64,000 nt of DNA from Gammaproteobacteria bacterium (GCA_965277715.1 OZ255836.1:2304001-2368000), one strand, 5' to 3'. Shown: positions 21,031 to 32,567, counted from the stretch's first letter. A program made the numbers and translations. The notes: generated by a model not told the origin, from the sequence alone.

Positions 21031-22047
21031 TTAGTCCTCCATCACGCCTTTGCGCCCCATTAGGCCGCGTGGCCGGACCAGTAGCACAACAACCGCAACC
21101 AGGTAAATAATAATCTGGTCGATACCGGGAAACAGCGATTTGACTTCGTTCATCGAGGCAAATGACTGCAAAATGCCCAGCAGAAACCCGGCGGCTACCG
21201 CGCCACCCAGTGACCCCATACCGCCGACAACCACGACCACAAAGGAGAGCACCAGAAAGTCCATACCTATATGGTAGTCGGGGGGCAGTATCGGTGTGTA
21301 CATGACCCCGGCCAGCCCGGAGACCACGGCGGCAACACCAAAGACGATGGTAAAACTGCGCTGCACGTTGATGCCCAGCAGGCCGACCATATCGCGATCA
21401 TGCATACCGGCACGCACGACCATACCGAAGGTGGTGTAGCGCAAAAAGGCAAACACTGAAAAGATCACCACACCGGCGAAGGCGAGGTAAATCAACCGCC
21501 AGTAGGGGTATACCACCGCATCCCCCAGCCCCAGCCAGGTGCCGATGCTGGCACTGCCGGCGATGATATCCGGGGCAGGAGTGGGTACCGGGTTTGCACC
21601 AAACAGTGACTTGATAATCTCCTGCAGAATAATCGCCAGACCAAAGGTCACCAGAATCTGCTCGGCGTGGCTGCGTTTGTAAAAATGCTTGATCAGGCCA
21701 CGCTCCATAGTCAGGCCGATCAATAACATCACCGGAATGGCGAAAATGATCGACAGTGGCACCGCCCAGTCGATGATCGTGGCGCCGGTATCGCCCCACC
21801 AGATTTCCAGGTAGGGGACTTCTTTATAGGCATCAAAGAATGTCACGCTCTCATCTTTGACTTTTTGCGAGATAGTGAGGAGTTTTTGAAAGGTCACCGC
21901 GCAGAATGCACCGAGCATAAATAATGCACCGTGGGCAAAATTGACTACACCCAGTGTGCCAAATACGAGTGTCAGGCCCAGTGCGATCAGCGCATAGGCG
22001 CCGCCTTTATCCAGGCCGTTTAAAATTTGTAATAGAATAGCGTCCAT
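21031..22047 (-). CDS. Liv-type ABC permease (LivH-like)
   Basis: YALIALGLTLVFG, VNFAHG, VVVVGGMGS, RPRGLMG. Confidence 0.92.
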   Translation of the reverse strand: MDAILLQILNGLDKGGAYALIALGLTLVFGTLGVVNFAHGALFMLGAFCAVTFQKLLTISQKVKDESVTFFDAYKEVPYLEIWWGDTGATIIDWAVPLSIIFAIPVMLLIGLTMERGLIKHFYKRSHAEQILVTFGLAIILQEIIKSLFGANPVPTPAPDIIAGSASIGTWLGLGDAVVYPYWRLIYLAFAGVVIFSVFAFLRYTTFGMVVRAGMHDRDMVGLLGINVQRSFTIVFGVAAVVSGLAGVMYTPILPPDYHIGMDFLVLSFVVVVVGGMGSLGGAVAAGFLLGILQSFASMNEVKSLFPGIDQIIIYLVAVVVLLVRPRGLMGRKGVMED

Positions 22048-22123
22048 AGTCGCTTAGCCCATGAAATGCTGATCAGAACGTCTGGGAATAAGACATCCAC
22101 AAAATAAAAGGGTAAAACATAAA

Positions 22124-22148
22124 GGGGGCAGGCATAACGCCTGCCCCC
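22124..22148 (-). terminator. GC-rich hairpin after the binding-protein gene (attenuator or stabiliser)
   Basis: GGGGGCAGGC-ataac-GCCTGCCCCC with T-rich tail on the minus strand. Confidence 0.7.
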
Positions 22149-22163
22149 CGCTGCCGTGATGGA

Positions 22164-23504
22164 TTAAGCGCAGCTACCCAGCTCACCACCCAGTATAGCT
22201 GGATCGTATTCAACCTGAGCGCGTGGCACTTGTTGCACAACTTCCAGCAGGTCAAATTGGCTGCTGGGATTTTCGTTACCGCGTACAACCAGCACGTCTT
22301 TAAAGCACTGGTGATCTGAGTCACGGTATTCGGTTGGGCCATTACCCATGCCGTCAAACTTGAAACCTTCCAGCGCCGCGATGACTTCACACGGGTTGAA
22401 GGTGCCCGCCATTTCGCAGGCATTGGCATACAGCAGGGTTTGTACGTAGCAGGTGTGGGCTGCCTGTGAGGGCGGGAAGCCGTATTCCTGACCAAACGAT
22501 TTAACAAATGCCTGTGAACCGGCATCCTGTAATGACCAGTTCCAGTTGGTGGTGCCAAAAATGCCTTTAATGTTTTCACCGGCACCTTGCGCCATCAAAC
22601 GCGAGAACAGCGGCACGACGATTTTGAAGTCTTTACCGTTAACCTCTTTTTCACGCAGGCCAAACTGTACGGCCTGGGTCAGTGAGTTAACCATGTCTTT
22701 GCCGTAGTGGTTGAGGATGAGCACATCGGCGCCCGAGTTTAATACGGGGGTAATGTACTGCGAGAAGTCACCGGCACCGAGCGGGGTACGCACGGTTGCC
22801 TGGGTTTTCCAGCCCAGCCCTTCGGTGGTGTCTTTAATCGATCCCTCCTGGCTCCAGCCCCAGGTGTAGTCGGCGGTGAGGTGATAGGCGTTACGCTCTT
22901 TACCCATTTCGGCTTCGAGTACCGGGCCGAGTGCCGCGCCAGACATATGGGTGTTGAAGAAGTGGCGAAAACCGTATTTGCGTTTGTCTTTGCCGGTGGT
23001 GTCGTTAGAGTGGGTCAAACCGGCCATAAAAATCACACCGGCCTCCTGGCACAGTGACTGCACGGCAATCGCGACGCCGGAAGAGGAGCCACCGGTAATC
23101 ATCAGGGCGCCGTCTTTTTCGATCATGCGTTTTGCCGAGGCACGCGCTGCATCCGATTTGGTTTGGGTGTCCCCGGTTACGTATTCGACTTTTTTACCCA
23201 GTACACCGCTACCTTTGAGCGACAGGGGTTTCATGGTGTTCAGCAGGCCGCCGTCGCCTTCACCGTTGAGGTGTTTTACCGCCAGTTTGTAGGCGCGCAG
23301 CTCATCGGCACCCTCGTCGGCATACGCGCCGGTTTGTGGCACGTTAAAACCCAGTGTGATGGATTTGGCATTGCCGGGGTCGTTGGCAAAATCCGCCGCC
23401 CAGGCATTGCGTACAAAGAACGCCGGGGTGCTGATTGCCGCTGCTGAAGCGGCCATGCCTTTGAGTACGTCGCGACGCGACCAGGTGCTGCTTTTTATAG
23501 CCAT
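22164..23504 (-). CDS. ABC substrate-binding protein with Tat signal (LivK-like)
   Basis: SRRDVLKG twin-arginine motif, PQTGAYADEG, GGSSSGVA, ADYTWG. Confidence 0.9.
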   Translation of the reverse strand: MAIKSSTWSRRDVLKGMAASAAAISTPAFFVRNAWAADFANDPGNAKSITLGFNVPQTGAYADEGADELRAYKLAVKHLNGEGDGGLLNTMKPLSLKGSGVLGKKVEYVTGDTQTKSDAARASAKRMIEKDGALMITGGSSSGVAIAVQSLCQEAGVIFMAGLTHSNDTTGKDKRKYGFRHFFNTHMSGAALGPVLEAEMGKERNAYHLTADYTWGWSQEGSIKDTTEGLGWKTQATVRTPLGAGDFSQYITPVLNSGADVLILNHYGKDMVNSLTQAVQFGLREKEVNGKDFKIVVPLFSRLMAQGAGENIKGIFGTTNWNWSLQDAGSQAFVKSFGQEYGFPPSQAAHTCYVQTLLYANACEMAGTFNPCEVIAALEGFKFDGMGNGPTEYRDSDHQCFKDVLVVRGNENPSSQFDLLEVVQQVPRAQVEYDPAILGGELGSCA

Positions 23505-23577
23505 GGTGAATCCTCCTGTTAGGGGTTGTGTTTTATCAGGTAGGGCGAGTCTGTGAGTGTGGCCGGTTGATGTAAAT

Positions 23578-23591
23578 TAGCCAATGGTCTA
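23578..23591. promoter_or_regulatory. Candidate CrbR/ErdR-type binding site
   Basis: TAGCC-aatg-GTCTA; a weaker TAGCG-gatc-GTCTA at 23702-23715; match to a recalled GAC-N4-GTC consensus. Confidence 0.4.
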
Positions 23592-23760
23592 GTTTTCACC
23601 TGAACCGATCGACAAATACCGGCGTAAGTACTGGAATTTAGGGGTATTTAGCCATTTCACCCACGCTAACCGTGGCCTGTGGCTGTGTGAAAACACCAAA
23701 ATAGCGGATCGTCTAATACCTGCTAAAGACTACCCACGGTAGAGTTTTACTACATTTTTG

Positions 23761-23792
23761 TTGCTATAGGCAAAATGAGTAACCTATAGCAA
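23761..23792. promoter_or_regulatory. Inverted repeat upstream of the response regulator
   Basis: TTGCTATAGG-N12-CCTATAGCAA. Confidence 0.45.
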
Positions 23793-23860
23793 GTGCAAAT
23801 ACTATAGGATCGGGAAAAATGGTAACGCGGATCACACCGGCAATAGGCGATCTTCAACAG

Positions 23861-24529
23861 ATGTTTAAGCTATCAAAAATCATTGTTGCCGACGATCATC
23901 CGCTATTTCGCGATGCGCTGCAAAATGCGATTGTGCAGGGGTTTGGCGATATTGCCATTGTCGGGGTGGATTCGTTTTCATCCCTACAGGATGCAACGCG
24001 CCAGCACCACGACTGCGACCTGATTCTGCTCGACCTGATGATGCCGGGCGCAGTGGGGTTTTCTGCGTTGAGCTGGCTGGGCCTGCGCTGCCCGTTGATT
24101 CCCGTTGTTGTGATCAGCGGCAACGACGACAGCACGATTGTCGCACGGGCGCTGGACTATGGCGCGATGGCCTTCGTGCCCAAATCGACGCAGCTACCCA
24201 CAATGATCGAGGCGATTGAAAGCGTGCTGGCCGGTGACACCTGGCTACCCAATGAATTCACCCCGGAAAACGACGAGAACACCGCCAACCGACAAGTGTT
24301 TGCCGACCGGGTTTCACAACTGACGGTCAAGCAGTTCCGCGTATTAATGATGCTCGCCGATGGCCACCAAAACAAACACATCGCCGCCGATTTGTGCGTA
24401 TCAGAGGCCACCGTCAAGGCACACCTCACGGTGGTCTACCAAAAACTTGGCGTTCAGAACCGCACCCAGGCGGCCACCCTGGCCGCACAGCATTTGAAAA
24501 TAGACCGGGAAGAGTTTTTGCAACCGTAG
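23861..24529 (+). CDS. NarL/LuxR response regulator, CrbR/ErdR-like (start may be 23819)
   Basis: IIVADDHPLFR, LLDLMMPG, FVPKS, HTH NKHIA...SEATVKAH. Confidence 0.88.
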   Translation: MFKLSKIIVADDHPLFRDALQNAIVQGFGDIAIVGVDSFSSLQDATRQHHDCDLILLDLMMPGAVGFSALSWLGLRCPLIPVVVISGNDDSTIVARALDYGAMAFVPKSTQLPTMIEAIESVLAGDTWLPNEFTPENDENTANRQVFADRVSQLTVKQFRVLMMLADGHQNKHIAADLCVSEATVKAHLTVVYQKLGVQNRTQAATLAAQHLKIDREEFLQP

Positions 24530-24592
24530 TGCAACATGCCTTTTTGCCAACGCCGCAGAGGGATACCCATCAGACCTGGTGCCGAACAATTG

Positions 24593-27500
24593 TCAGAGTA
24601 TCTGCGCGCCTTTGGTCTGTTTATACACCCTGTAAACCAGGCTACGCAAAGCACCCGGGTTAACCGGCTTGCGCAACTCCTGATAGCCCGATGCCTCCGC
24701 CTCCTGGCGAATCGCATCACTCAAATCTGCCGTAATTAATACCCCCGGCACTCGCCAGTCAAAATGTGCCTGTACCTTATTCATCACCTCGACCCCGGTC
24801 TCATCGTTATCGAGGTGGTAGTCCACCAGCATCAGGTCTGGCATCAGGCTTTGTTCGACAAAGGCTCTTTCCACCTCAGCACCCGAGGCCACAGCAATCA
24901 CCTGACACCCCCAACCGGTAAGCACTGTATTCATGGCATTGAGCACATCGTCGTCGTTATCCACACACAACACGGTCAAGCCTTCAAGGGGCTGTTTGCG
25001 TTGTCGGCCACGCGGCTGCACAGCCGCTTGATGGGTAGGCTGCAACTCACCGGGCTGGCCCAATGGCACAGTGATTGAGAATACCGAGCCATGCCCCGGC
25101 CTGGACTTGACATCGACGGGGTGGTCAAGCACCTTGCTGATGCGCCGCACAATGGCCAGACCAAGCCCCACACCCTTTTCCAATTTTGACGGCTGGTTGT
25201 CGAGGCGCTCAAACTCATCGAAGATACGCTCGATATTGGTTTCGGCAATACCGACACCGCTATCCCATACTTCGATGCGCAACTGGGGCTGACCTGATCC
25301 CATCGAAACCCGCCGACACCCCAGCAAAACCTGCCCGCCCCGCGCATAGCGCAGCGCATTGGTGAGAAAGTTTTGTAACACGCGCCGCAATAAGTGTGCA
25401 TCACTGCGCACCGCGAGCGAGCACGCTACCGTGCGCAGGCGGATATCGCGCTGCGCGGCAATCACGGCAAACTCATCATCGAGCACATTGAGCGTATCGG
25501 CAACGGCAAAGGTGGTGATGGTAGATTTGATCGCCCCCATGTCGAAGCGGGAAATATCCAGCAGGGTTTTAATAATCTCTTCAGCCGATTGCAAAGAACG
25601 GCTAATGCGCCCGGTGATGTTCTCATTGTAAACCCGGTTTTGTTGCAGGGCCGATGTGTACAGGCGGGCGGCGTTGAGCGGCTGCATCATGTCGTGGTTG
25701 ACCGCCGCGAGAAACCGCACTTTACTGTCGATGGCATTGCGCAGCGCCTGATTGACCGTCGACAGCTCCTGGGTGCGCTCTTTGACACGCTGCTCAAGGG
25801 TGTCGTTGATCTCCAGCAACTTGCGCTCGGTGTTTTTGTGCTCGGTAATATCGGAGTAGCTGGTGACGTAACCACCGCCCGGTATCGGGTTGCCACGGAT
25901 CTCCAGCACCGAGCCATCATCGCGCACCCGCTCTGAGATATTCGGCTCGCCGGACTGCATATGCCCCAGGCGTTTGTTGACATAATCCTCCTTGTCCTGG
26001 GGGCCAAAATCCCCGCGTGACACACTGTAGCGCAGCACATCGACAATAGGCCGACCCACCACAATCAGGCTGGAAGGTAAATCAAACAAATCCACATAGC
26101 GCTGATTCCACGCCACCAGGCGCATACGCTGATCGACCACGCTGATACCCTGATCGATATTTTCAAACGTCGTATACAGCAGCTCCTGATTAAACTGCAA
26201 CGCCTGCGATGCCTCACCGACAATGCTGACAACCTCCTCAATCGGCAACTCCCTGCGTTGCGACACCGACGACACCATCAGGCGCGCCGACGATGCGCCA
26301 ATGGCGCCGCCGAGCAAGTGCTCGGTAAAACGCACCATGGCCTCGTCGGCACGGCTGGTGGGGGATAGGTTTAAACCATTTGACTGCGTATAGTCGGCAA
26401 ACGCCTTTTTCCAACTGGCCTCACCGATAAACTTTTCACCCAGCGAAGACAACTCCCCAACGCGTACATCACTCGCCGTGTGGGATAGCGGCCCGGCTGC
26501 CTCATCGGTTTTGATCGAATGGGTAAAATCCGTCGCCTGCAAACGGTCGGTTAAATTGCCCTGCGCCTGCCAGGAAAAATACACATAGAAAAGCAGATTG
26601 ACACTCAGACTCCAAATAGCCCCGTGGGTAACCGGGTCGAAGCCATTGAGGCCCAACAGCGCATAAGGTTTCAGCGCCGCGATACCAAACAACCCCTGCT
26701 CGATAAACCCGGCCGGTAGCCAGCCGGTATCGGCCAGCGTCGGTAAAAACAGCGTGTACATCCAAATGGCCGAACCACCGATCAACCCCATGCGCGCCCC
26801 GCGCCGGTGCCCGCGCTTCCAGTAAACCCCGCCAATAATCGCTGGTGCAAACTGGGAGGCAGCGACAAATGCAATCAGCCCTATCGATGCCAGCGTGCCA
26901 ATATCGCGGATGTACTGGTAGTAAATATAACTCAATAACAAAATTAGAATAATCGCCACCCGGCGAATCGTTAACAGCAGGCCGGTGACATCCTTGCGCG
27001 CTTTCAAATTCAATACCGGCAACTTAAACAACAGCGGCATCACAATATCGTTGCACACCATTGTACTCAGCGTAATAACCGCCACAATGACCATACTCGT
27101 CGCCGCCGACAACCCACCTAAAAACGCCAGCATGGCGATACCGCCGTTATGTGAGGCGATGGGGATCGTCAGTACAAACATATCCGGGTTGACATCCAGC
27201 CCTGCAAACAAGGTTGAACCGACAATGGTAATCGGCACCACCAATACACACGTCACCAACAAATAGAGCGGAAATAACCAGCTCGCCACCTTCAACTGGC
27301 TGTTGCGTGAACTCTCCACAAAGGTCACATGGAACTGGCGTGGCAGACAAAAAATCGCCACCATCGCCAGAGCCGTCTGGCTGACAAAAGCACTTTTGAA
27401 TATATCCTCCTGTAACGATGGCCTGAGTAGCCTGGCACTGGTTTCAGGTAATGCAGTGGCCGCCGAGATAAACCCCTCAAACCCGCCAGACACACCGTAA

Positions 27501-28156
27501 ATCGCGAACAAACACACACACAGCAAAGCAAACAGCTTAACCATTGACTCAAAGGCAATGGCCAGAATAATCCCCTCGTGCTGCTCGGTTTTACTCACAT
27601 AACGCGTGCCAAAAAGAATGCTGAACACGGCCATCAGGGCGGCGACGATAAAGCCGGTGTCTTCGATCAGCGAGCGCGGTGCCAACTGATCAGCGTTCAC
27701 TCGCAGGCCGTCGTGGGCGAGTACATCAAAGCTCAGCGCCACCGCTTTCAACTGTAAGGCGATATAAGGCATGGTGCCCAGCACCGCGACCAAGGTCACC
27801 AACACCGCCAGGCTGCTCGATTTACCGTAGCGGGACGAAATAAAATCGGCGATGGTGGTAATATTTTGCTCGCGGCAAATCACCGCGACTTTTTTTAAAA
27901 ACGGATAACCGAAGATAAATAAAAGAATCGGCCCCAGGTAAATAGGAAAAAACCCCCAGCCCGCCGTCGTTGCCCGGCCCACAGCGCCGTAATACGTCCA
28001 GGACGTACAGTAAACACTGAGTGACAGGCTATAGATAAACTCGCGATAGGGCAGTGGCTGGTTCAGGCGGGAGCGCCGATCGCCGTACCAGGCGATGGCA
28101 AACAGCGCGCCGATATAGATCAACGAACAAAATACGAGTAACCAGGGTTGTAGCAT
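24593..28156 (-). CDS. SLC5-STAC-PAS hybrid histidine kinase, CrbS/MxtR-like
   Basis: Symporter domain VYCTSWTYYG, LPRQFHV; STAC GASSAR; H-box HDMMQPL; HATPase; REC. Confidence 0.92.
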   Translation of the reverse strand: MLQPWLLVFCSLIYIGALFAIAWYGDRRSRLNQPLPYREFIYSLSLSVYCTSWTYYGAVGRATTAGWGFFPIYLGPILLFIFGYPFLKKVAVICREQNITTIADFISSRYGKSSSLAVLVTLVAVLGTMPYIALQLKAVALSFDVLAHDGLRVNADQLAPRSLIEDTGFIVAALMAVFSILFGTRYVSKTEQHEGIILAIAFESMVKLFALLCVCLFAIYGVSGGFEGFISAATALPETSARLLRPSLQEDIFKSAFVSQTALAMVAIFCLPRQFHVTFVESSRNSQLKVASWLFPLYLLVTCVLVVPITIVGSTLFAGLDVNPDMFVLTIPIASHNGGIAMLAFLGGLSAATSMVIVAVITLSTMVCNDIVMPLLFKLPVLNLKARKDVTGLLLTIRRVAIILILLLSYIYYQYIRDIGTLASIGLIAFVAASQFAPAIIGGVYWKRGHRRGARMGLIGGSAIWMYTLFLPTLADTGWLPAGFIEQGLFGIAALKPYALLGLNGFDPVTHGAIWSLSVNLLFYVYFSWQAQGNLTDRLQATDFTHSIKTDEAAGPLSHTASDVRVGELSSLGEKFIGEASWKKAFADYTQSNGLNLSPTSRADEAMVRFTEHLLGGAIGASSARLMVSSVSQRRELPIEEVVSIVGEASQALQFNQELLYTTFENIDQGISVVDQRMRLVAWNQRYVDLFDLPSSLIVVGRPIVDVLRYSVSRGDFGPQDKEDYVNKRLGHMQSGEPNISERVRDDGSVLEIRGNPIPGGGYVTSYSDITEHKNTERKLLEINDTLEQRVKERTQELSTVNQALRNAIDSKVRFLAAVNHDMMQPLNAARLYTSALQQNRVYNENITGRISRSLQSAEEIIKTLLDISRFDMGAIKSTITTFAVADTLNVLDDEFAVIAAQRDIRLRTVACSLAVRSDAHLLRRVLQNFLTNALRYARGGQVLLGCRRVSMGSGQPQLRIEVWDSGVGIAETNIERIFDEFERLDNQPSKLEKGVGLGLAIVRRISKVLDHPVDVKSRPGHGSVFSITVPLGQPGELQPTHQAAVQPRGRQRKQPLEGLTVLCVDNDDDVLNAMNTVLTGWGCQVIAVASGAEVERAFVEQSLMPDLMLVDYHLDNDETGVEVMNKVQAHFDWRVPGVLITADLSDAIRQEAEASGYQELRKPVNPGALRSLVYRVYKQTKGAQIL

Positions 28157-28469
28157 AAATGCCTAACTTTTTAAGCCAGTTTGATAGTGGGTGAAATATA
28201 CCTGTTTCGTTGATGTGTAACTAATATTTAAAACCGCTATCAGGGGGATTGTTTGAGCGCAATAGATGGGGAAGATCGTCTACGGCCAATAGCCAGGATG
28301 GCCTGTAAAAGCAGTGGCTGTAAACGCTTTACTGCCCTCGTTAACTATCTATAAAATCAACAAATAATTTCACTTTAACTCAAATAAATTGTCAAAAACC
28401 AAAATCGTGATAGGGTGCTGCCATTATAATGAGCAATCGGGTACCCCACCCCAACTACGGAGAACCAGC

Positions 28470-28793
28470 ATGATCCGCTGCCACCTGGCCCGACTGATGG
28501 GCGAGCATAAAATGCGCATAAGTGACGTGATCCGCGAAACGGGTCTAAGCCGCAACACTGTCACCCTGATGTACAAAGAAACCGCGCAGAAAGTGAATTT
28601 AGAAGCATTGGATAAGCTCTGCGCGCTTTTTGATTGTGATATACACGAAATCCTCGAACGTGAGCCACATGTCGATCCAGCCCATTTAAATCAGATAAAG
28701 ATTCCAGTGCCACCAGATGAGAAAGAACAAAAATTACTGACAGGAAAAATGCAATTGGTTAAATCGGTAAAAGAGGCGCGTGAAAATGGCTGA
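28470..28793 (+). CDS. XRE/Cro-C1 HTH regulator
   Basis: MIRCHLARLMGE...ETGLSRNTVT...LDKLCALFDC; overlaps next start. Confidence 0.85.
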   Translation: MIRCHLARLMGEHKMRISDVIRETGLSRNTVTLMYKETAQKVNLEALDKLCALFDCDIHEILEREPHVDPAHLNQIKIPVPPDEKEQKLLTGKMQLVKSVKEARENG

Positions 28794-31448
28794 TCAAAAT
28801 AACAAATACACCAAAGCACGCTTTTTTAAATGTGCCTTGCAGGTAAACCCTGTCGGTTATATCAAATACCGTGGTCAGCAACCGACGCTTACAGAAGAAG
28901 AGTACAACCAACAGCTACTGAATGCTGCGCTTGCGGGGGGTATCGAAGTAATTGGTTTAGCAGATCATGGTTCTGTGAGCGGCTTTGAAAAGATAAAAAA
29001 TTTATATAGCGGGCATGGCATTGTAGTATTTCCTGGTTTCGAGGTGACTTCCAGTGAGAAGATTCACTTTGTTTGCCTGTTTGATGAATCAACAGCTACC
29101 GATTTGATCAAGATGCATCTAGGTGCATTAGGTGTGGATATTAACCAACCCGCAGCGCCCGTGCAGAAATCTGCCGACGATATTATCAATTATGTAAATA
29201 AAAATAGTGGCTTCATATTTGCGGCCCACAGTACTAATGATAATGGCGTATTAAAGCATCGGATGGGGCACATTTGGAAACACAGCGGACTATTGGCTGC
29301 GCAGATACCCGGCTCAATTGCAGACCTTAAAGGTGTGGAGGATGATTTTTACCGAAAAGTTTTCCTTAACAAGAATGCTGATTATCGTCGAGAACGAAAA
29401 ATGGCAGCTATCAATGCCGCCGATGTGTATAGGCCAGAAGACATAAAAAGCAGTAGTGCCTCCTGTTTAATTAAAATGACCAAACCCTGTTTTGCCTCCT
29501 TTAGGCAGGCTTTTTTAGATGCAGGTTCCCGTGTGCGGCTAAACTCAGACAAGCCGAAAAATCATGCATCCGCTATCGAGCGAATACGTTTTGTGGGCGG
29601 ATACCTGGATGGGGTCGATATCACCTTATCTGAGCACCTGAATGCAGTGATTGGTGGTCGGGGAACGGGTAAATCAACACTGCTGGAATGCCTTCGTTTT
29701 GCGTTTGACTTACAACCGTTTGGTAAAACAGCGAAGGCTCAGCATAACGCCATTCTACAAAACAATCTTGGCAATGAAAAAGGCATGGTTGAAGTAACCG
29801 TTCGGTCTGCTGTTATGCATGGCCGTAAATTTACCATTAGCCGAAAATATGGAAGCCAACCGATAGTCGTTGATCAAGACGAAAATGTATCCCCCCATCG
29901 ACCAGAGGATTTGCTGCCGGGTATTGCGCTTTATGGTCAAAACGAAATCTATGAGATGACCCGTAACGATCAAAGCCGCAACCAGCTCATCAAGGACTTT
30001 TTAGAAGGAGAGCATGAGCAATTTGATGCAGCCATAACCAAGGTATTGGCAAGGCTCAGAGATAATCGAGAATCAATAGCGCGTGCGCTTGAGCAAAAGG
30101 CCGATATTGAGGCAGACATCGAGCGCTTGCCCAAACTGATAGATCAAGCTAAGCAATTTCAAGTATTAGGCATCACTGAAAAACTAAAAATCACGCCGAA
30201 ACTGGAAAAGGAAAAGCAGCTTAATGAGCGCGTTAATGAAGAAGTTGATCGTGTTAAACAGGCAATTGATACGCTTAAAGACAGTTTACCGGATACTATC
30301 TTTTTATAAGTGACACCAGCCTGGATGGATTGCCTCATGCCGACCTGTTGAGACCACAACGCGAAATATTAGAAAGCGTTAAAACCGCTTTAATGCAGAC
30401 TGTGACACAGCTCGATAAAGTCGTCCTTACAACATCGGAACAGCTATCACCTATTCAACAGACACTGATTGAGAGGCAACACTCGAAAGAGCAACAACTG
30501 GAAAACGCCTTTAAAGAAATACCGGCAATCCGAGGTAAAACGGGACGACAAATTGGTGTTGAATACCAAACATTACTTAAACAAATTGAACAGGTTCGGC
30601 CAAAACAAACCGCATTGCAAACCAGGCAGGCGCAAATCGACGAGCTTTACAAACAGCGTAAAAAACTACGGCTGGAAATGAACCAGCAAACCAGTGCCCG
30701 CACCAGTGCCATGCAAAAATCGGTAAAGCGGTTAAACCGTAAACTGGATCAAAAGGTTCGCTTGAGTTTACACTCAGAAGGTAACCGCCAGGTGCTGATA
30801 GATTTTCTCAATGCCTGTAATTTAGAAGGTATAGGGGCTAAGCGCCTTGCCTGGGTGCTCAAAGGTGAGTTTTCGCCAGCTGGCCTTGCTGAAACCATAC
30901 GGCAAGGAAAGGCGGAGCTAATCCGCCTTCCCGGTGTTACAGACACCATAGCAGGGGCGTTGTGCCGTTTGTCAGAACCTACGCTTCTCGCACTGGAAGA
31001 GTGTGTTATTCCCGATACGATGACAATCGAGCTGAATGTCACGCAAGGCGGAACAGAGGCGATTTTTCGTTCTATTGAAGACTTATCGACAGGCCAACAA
31101 TGCACAGCCGTTTTGCACCTACTACTGCTAGATAAGCAAGACCCACTGATTCTCGACCAACCCGAAGATAATCTGGATAACGCCTTTATTGCAGATCTTA
31201 TTGTTGCTGAGCTGCGTAAAGCCAAGTTAAGCCGTCAATTCCTATTTGCAACCCATAACGCCAATATCCCGGTATTTGGCGACGCCGAGTGGATCGGTGT
31301 ACTCAGCGTTGAAGACCATAAAGGGCAAATTCTTCCACAGCAACAAGGCGCGATTGATATGCCGGAAGTGCAAAAATTAGCAGCAGATATATTGGAAGGT
31401 GGTAAGAATGCATTCAACCAGCGCCGTGAAAAATACGGCTTTAACTAA
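28786..31448 (+). pseudogene. PHP-domain + ABC/SMC-type ATPase (TrlF/Ppl-like), split by a 2-bp insertion near 30307
   Basis: PHP motifs ADH, IHF, AH; Walker A GGRGTGKST; signature LSTGQ, Walker B LILDQPEDNLDN, ATHNAN; removing TA restores IFLSDTSLDGLPH. Confidence 0.85.
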
Positions 31449-31474
31449 ACACGATACTGTCTTGGGAGAGTCAT

Positions 31475-31987
31475 GTGTTAAAAGATGATATTAGTGACGG
31501 CCCTATGGTGGGGCGCAGGGATATAGACAATGGAGAAAAGTGGTTAGTCGACGGTGGTTTAATCGAGCGGTTTATGGAAACAATGGAGCCATTTATATCC
31601 CGGGAAGCAAGCAATATTGGCCCGGGTTTGCAGCGGGAAACTCAATTGTTCTACCCTCTCGAAGCCATTCGCGAAGTGTTAATTAATGCTCTTGCCCACC
31701 GTGACTGGACGCGTTTTGTGGAAATTGAAATAGCCAGCTATTCCGATCATTTTGAAGTAATTAGCCCGGGCGCCCTACCAAACGCTATGACGGTAGAAAA
31801 AATGAAAGCCGGACAGCGTTCACCCAGAAACACCATCATTATGGAAGTACTTCGAGATTATGGTTATGTTGATTATCGGGGGATGGGGGTCAGGACAAAA
31901 ATTGTTCCACTGACGCGAGCCTTGACTGGAAAAGATCCCGAATTTGACTTAACCGATGATTATTTGAAAACAGTTCTCTATCGATAG
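31475..31987 (+). pseudogene. C-terminal HATPase_c_4 part of an AlbA/RecG-C-type protein; N-terminal domain missing
   Basis: YPLEAIREVLINALAHRD, EVISPGAL, PRN, RGMGV; only 170 aa. Confidence 0.75.
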
Positions 31988-32045
31988 CTCTGGAATTATG
32001 GAACTCCGAAAATCAGCCAAGTATTTAATTCCAATAGCGTGAACA

Positions 32046-32194
32046 TAAAAACACCCTTAATTAGCTACTTTCTGTCCTCTTTTCCAGGAAAGAAACCATA
32101 TCATCGTTTTGTACGCGATAATAAATTTCTTCTACGGAGAGAATTAAATCGATAGACTCAAAGGTGACAGCATCACCGAGGTAGTAGTGCGTTG
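32046..32194 (-). pseudogene. Duplicated 3' end of the Uma2 gene (direct repeat of 49413-49560)
   Basis: About 148-bp near-identical match encoding THYYLGDAVTFESIDL... Confidence 0.9.
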
Positions 32195-32204
32195 CCCCCC
32201 CCTG

Positions 32205-32567
32205 TGTCAGGCTAGTTGTCCCCCTCTTTAAATTGGGATTCAATAAATTTTTACAGGAGGCAAAGAGAGAGTGGTATGAGTTATCCAGTAGAAAGAAAGG
32301 CCGCGACTCTCATTGCCATAGCGGCATTGGGTTTGTGACACCAGCCTCGCGTTATAAAGGCGAAGATCACGTGATACTGGCAGCCAGAAAAGAAGTTTAT
32401 GAACAAGCAAAGGCCAAACACCCTGAACGCTAGAGTCAGGATATTAAACACCTCGAACCGGTATCGGGGGTGTAGTTAAACCCGGAAAAGGAAGGCTTGG
32501 CCATGAGACAAAAACATAATGGAATTGAAAAGCAAATAGCATAGTAAAACGGACAACTACCTTGACA
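32205..32567 (+). mobile_element. Internally deleted IS3-like element (363 bp)
   Basis: TIRs TGTCAGGCTAGTTGTCC / GGACAACTACCTTGACA (15/17); integrase tail HSGIGFVTP...AKAKHPER. Confidence 0.75.
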
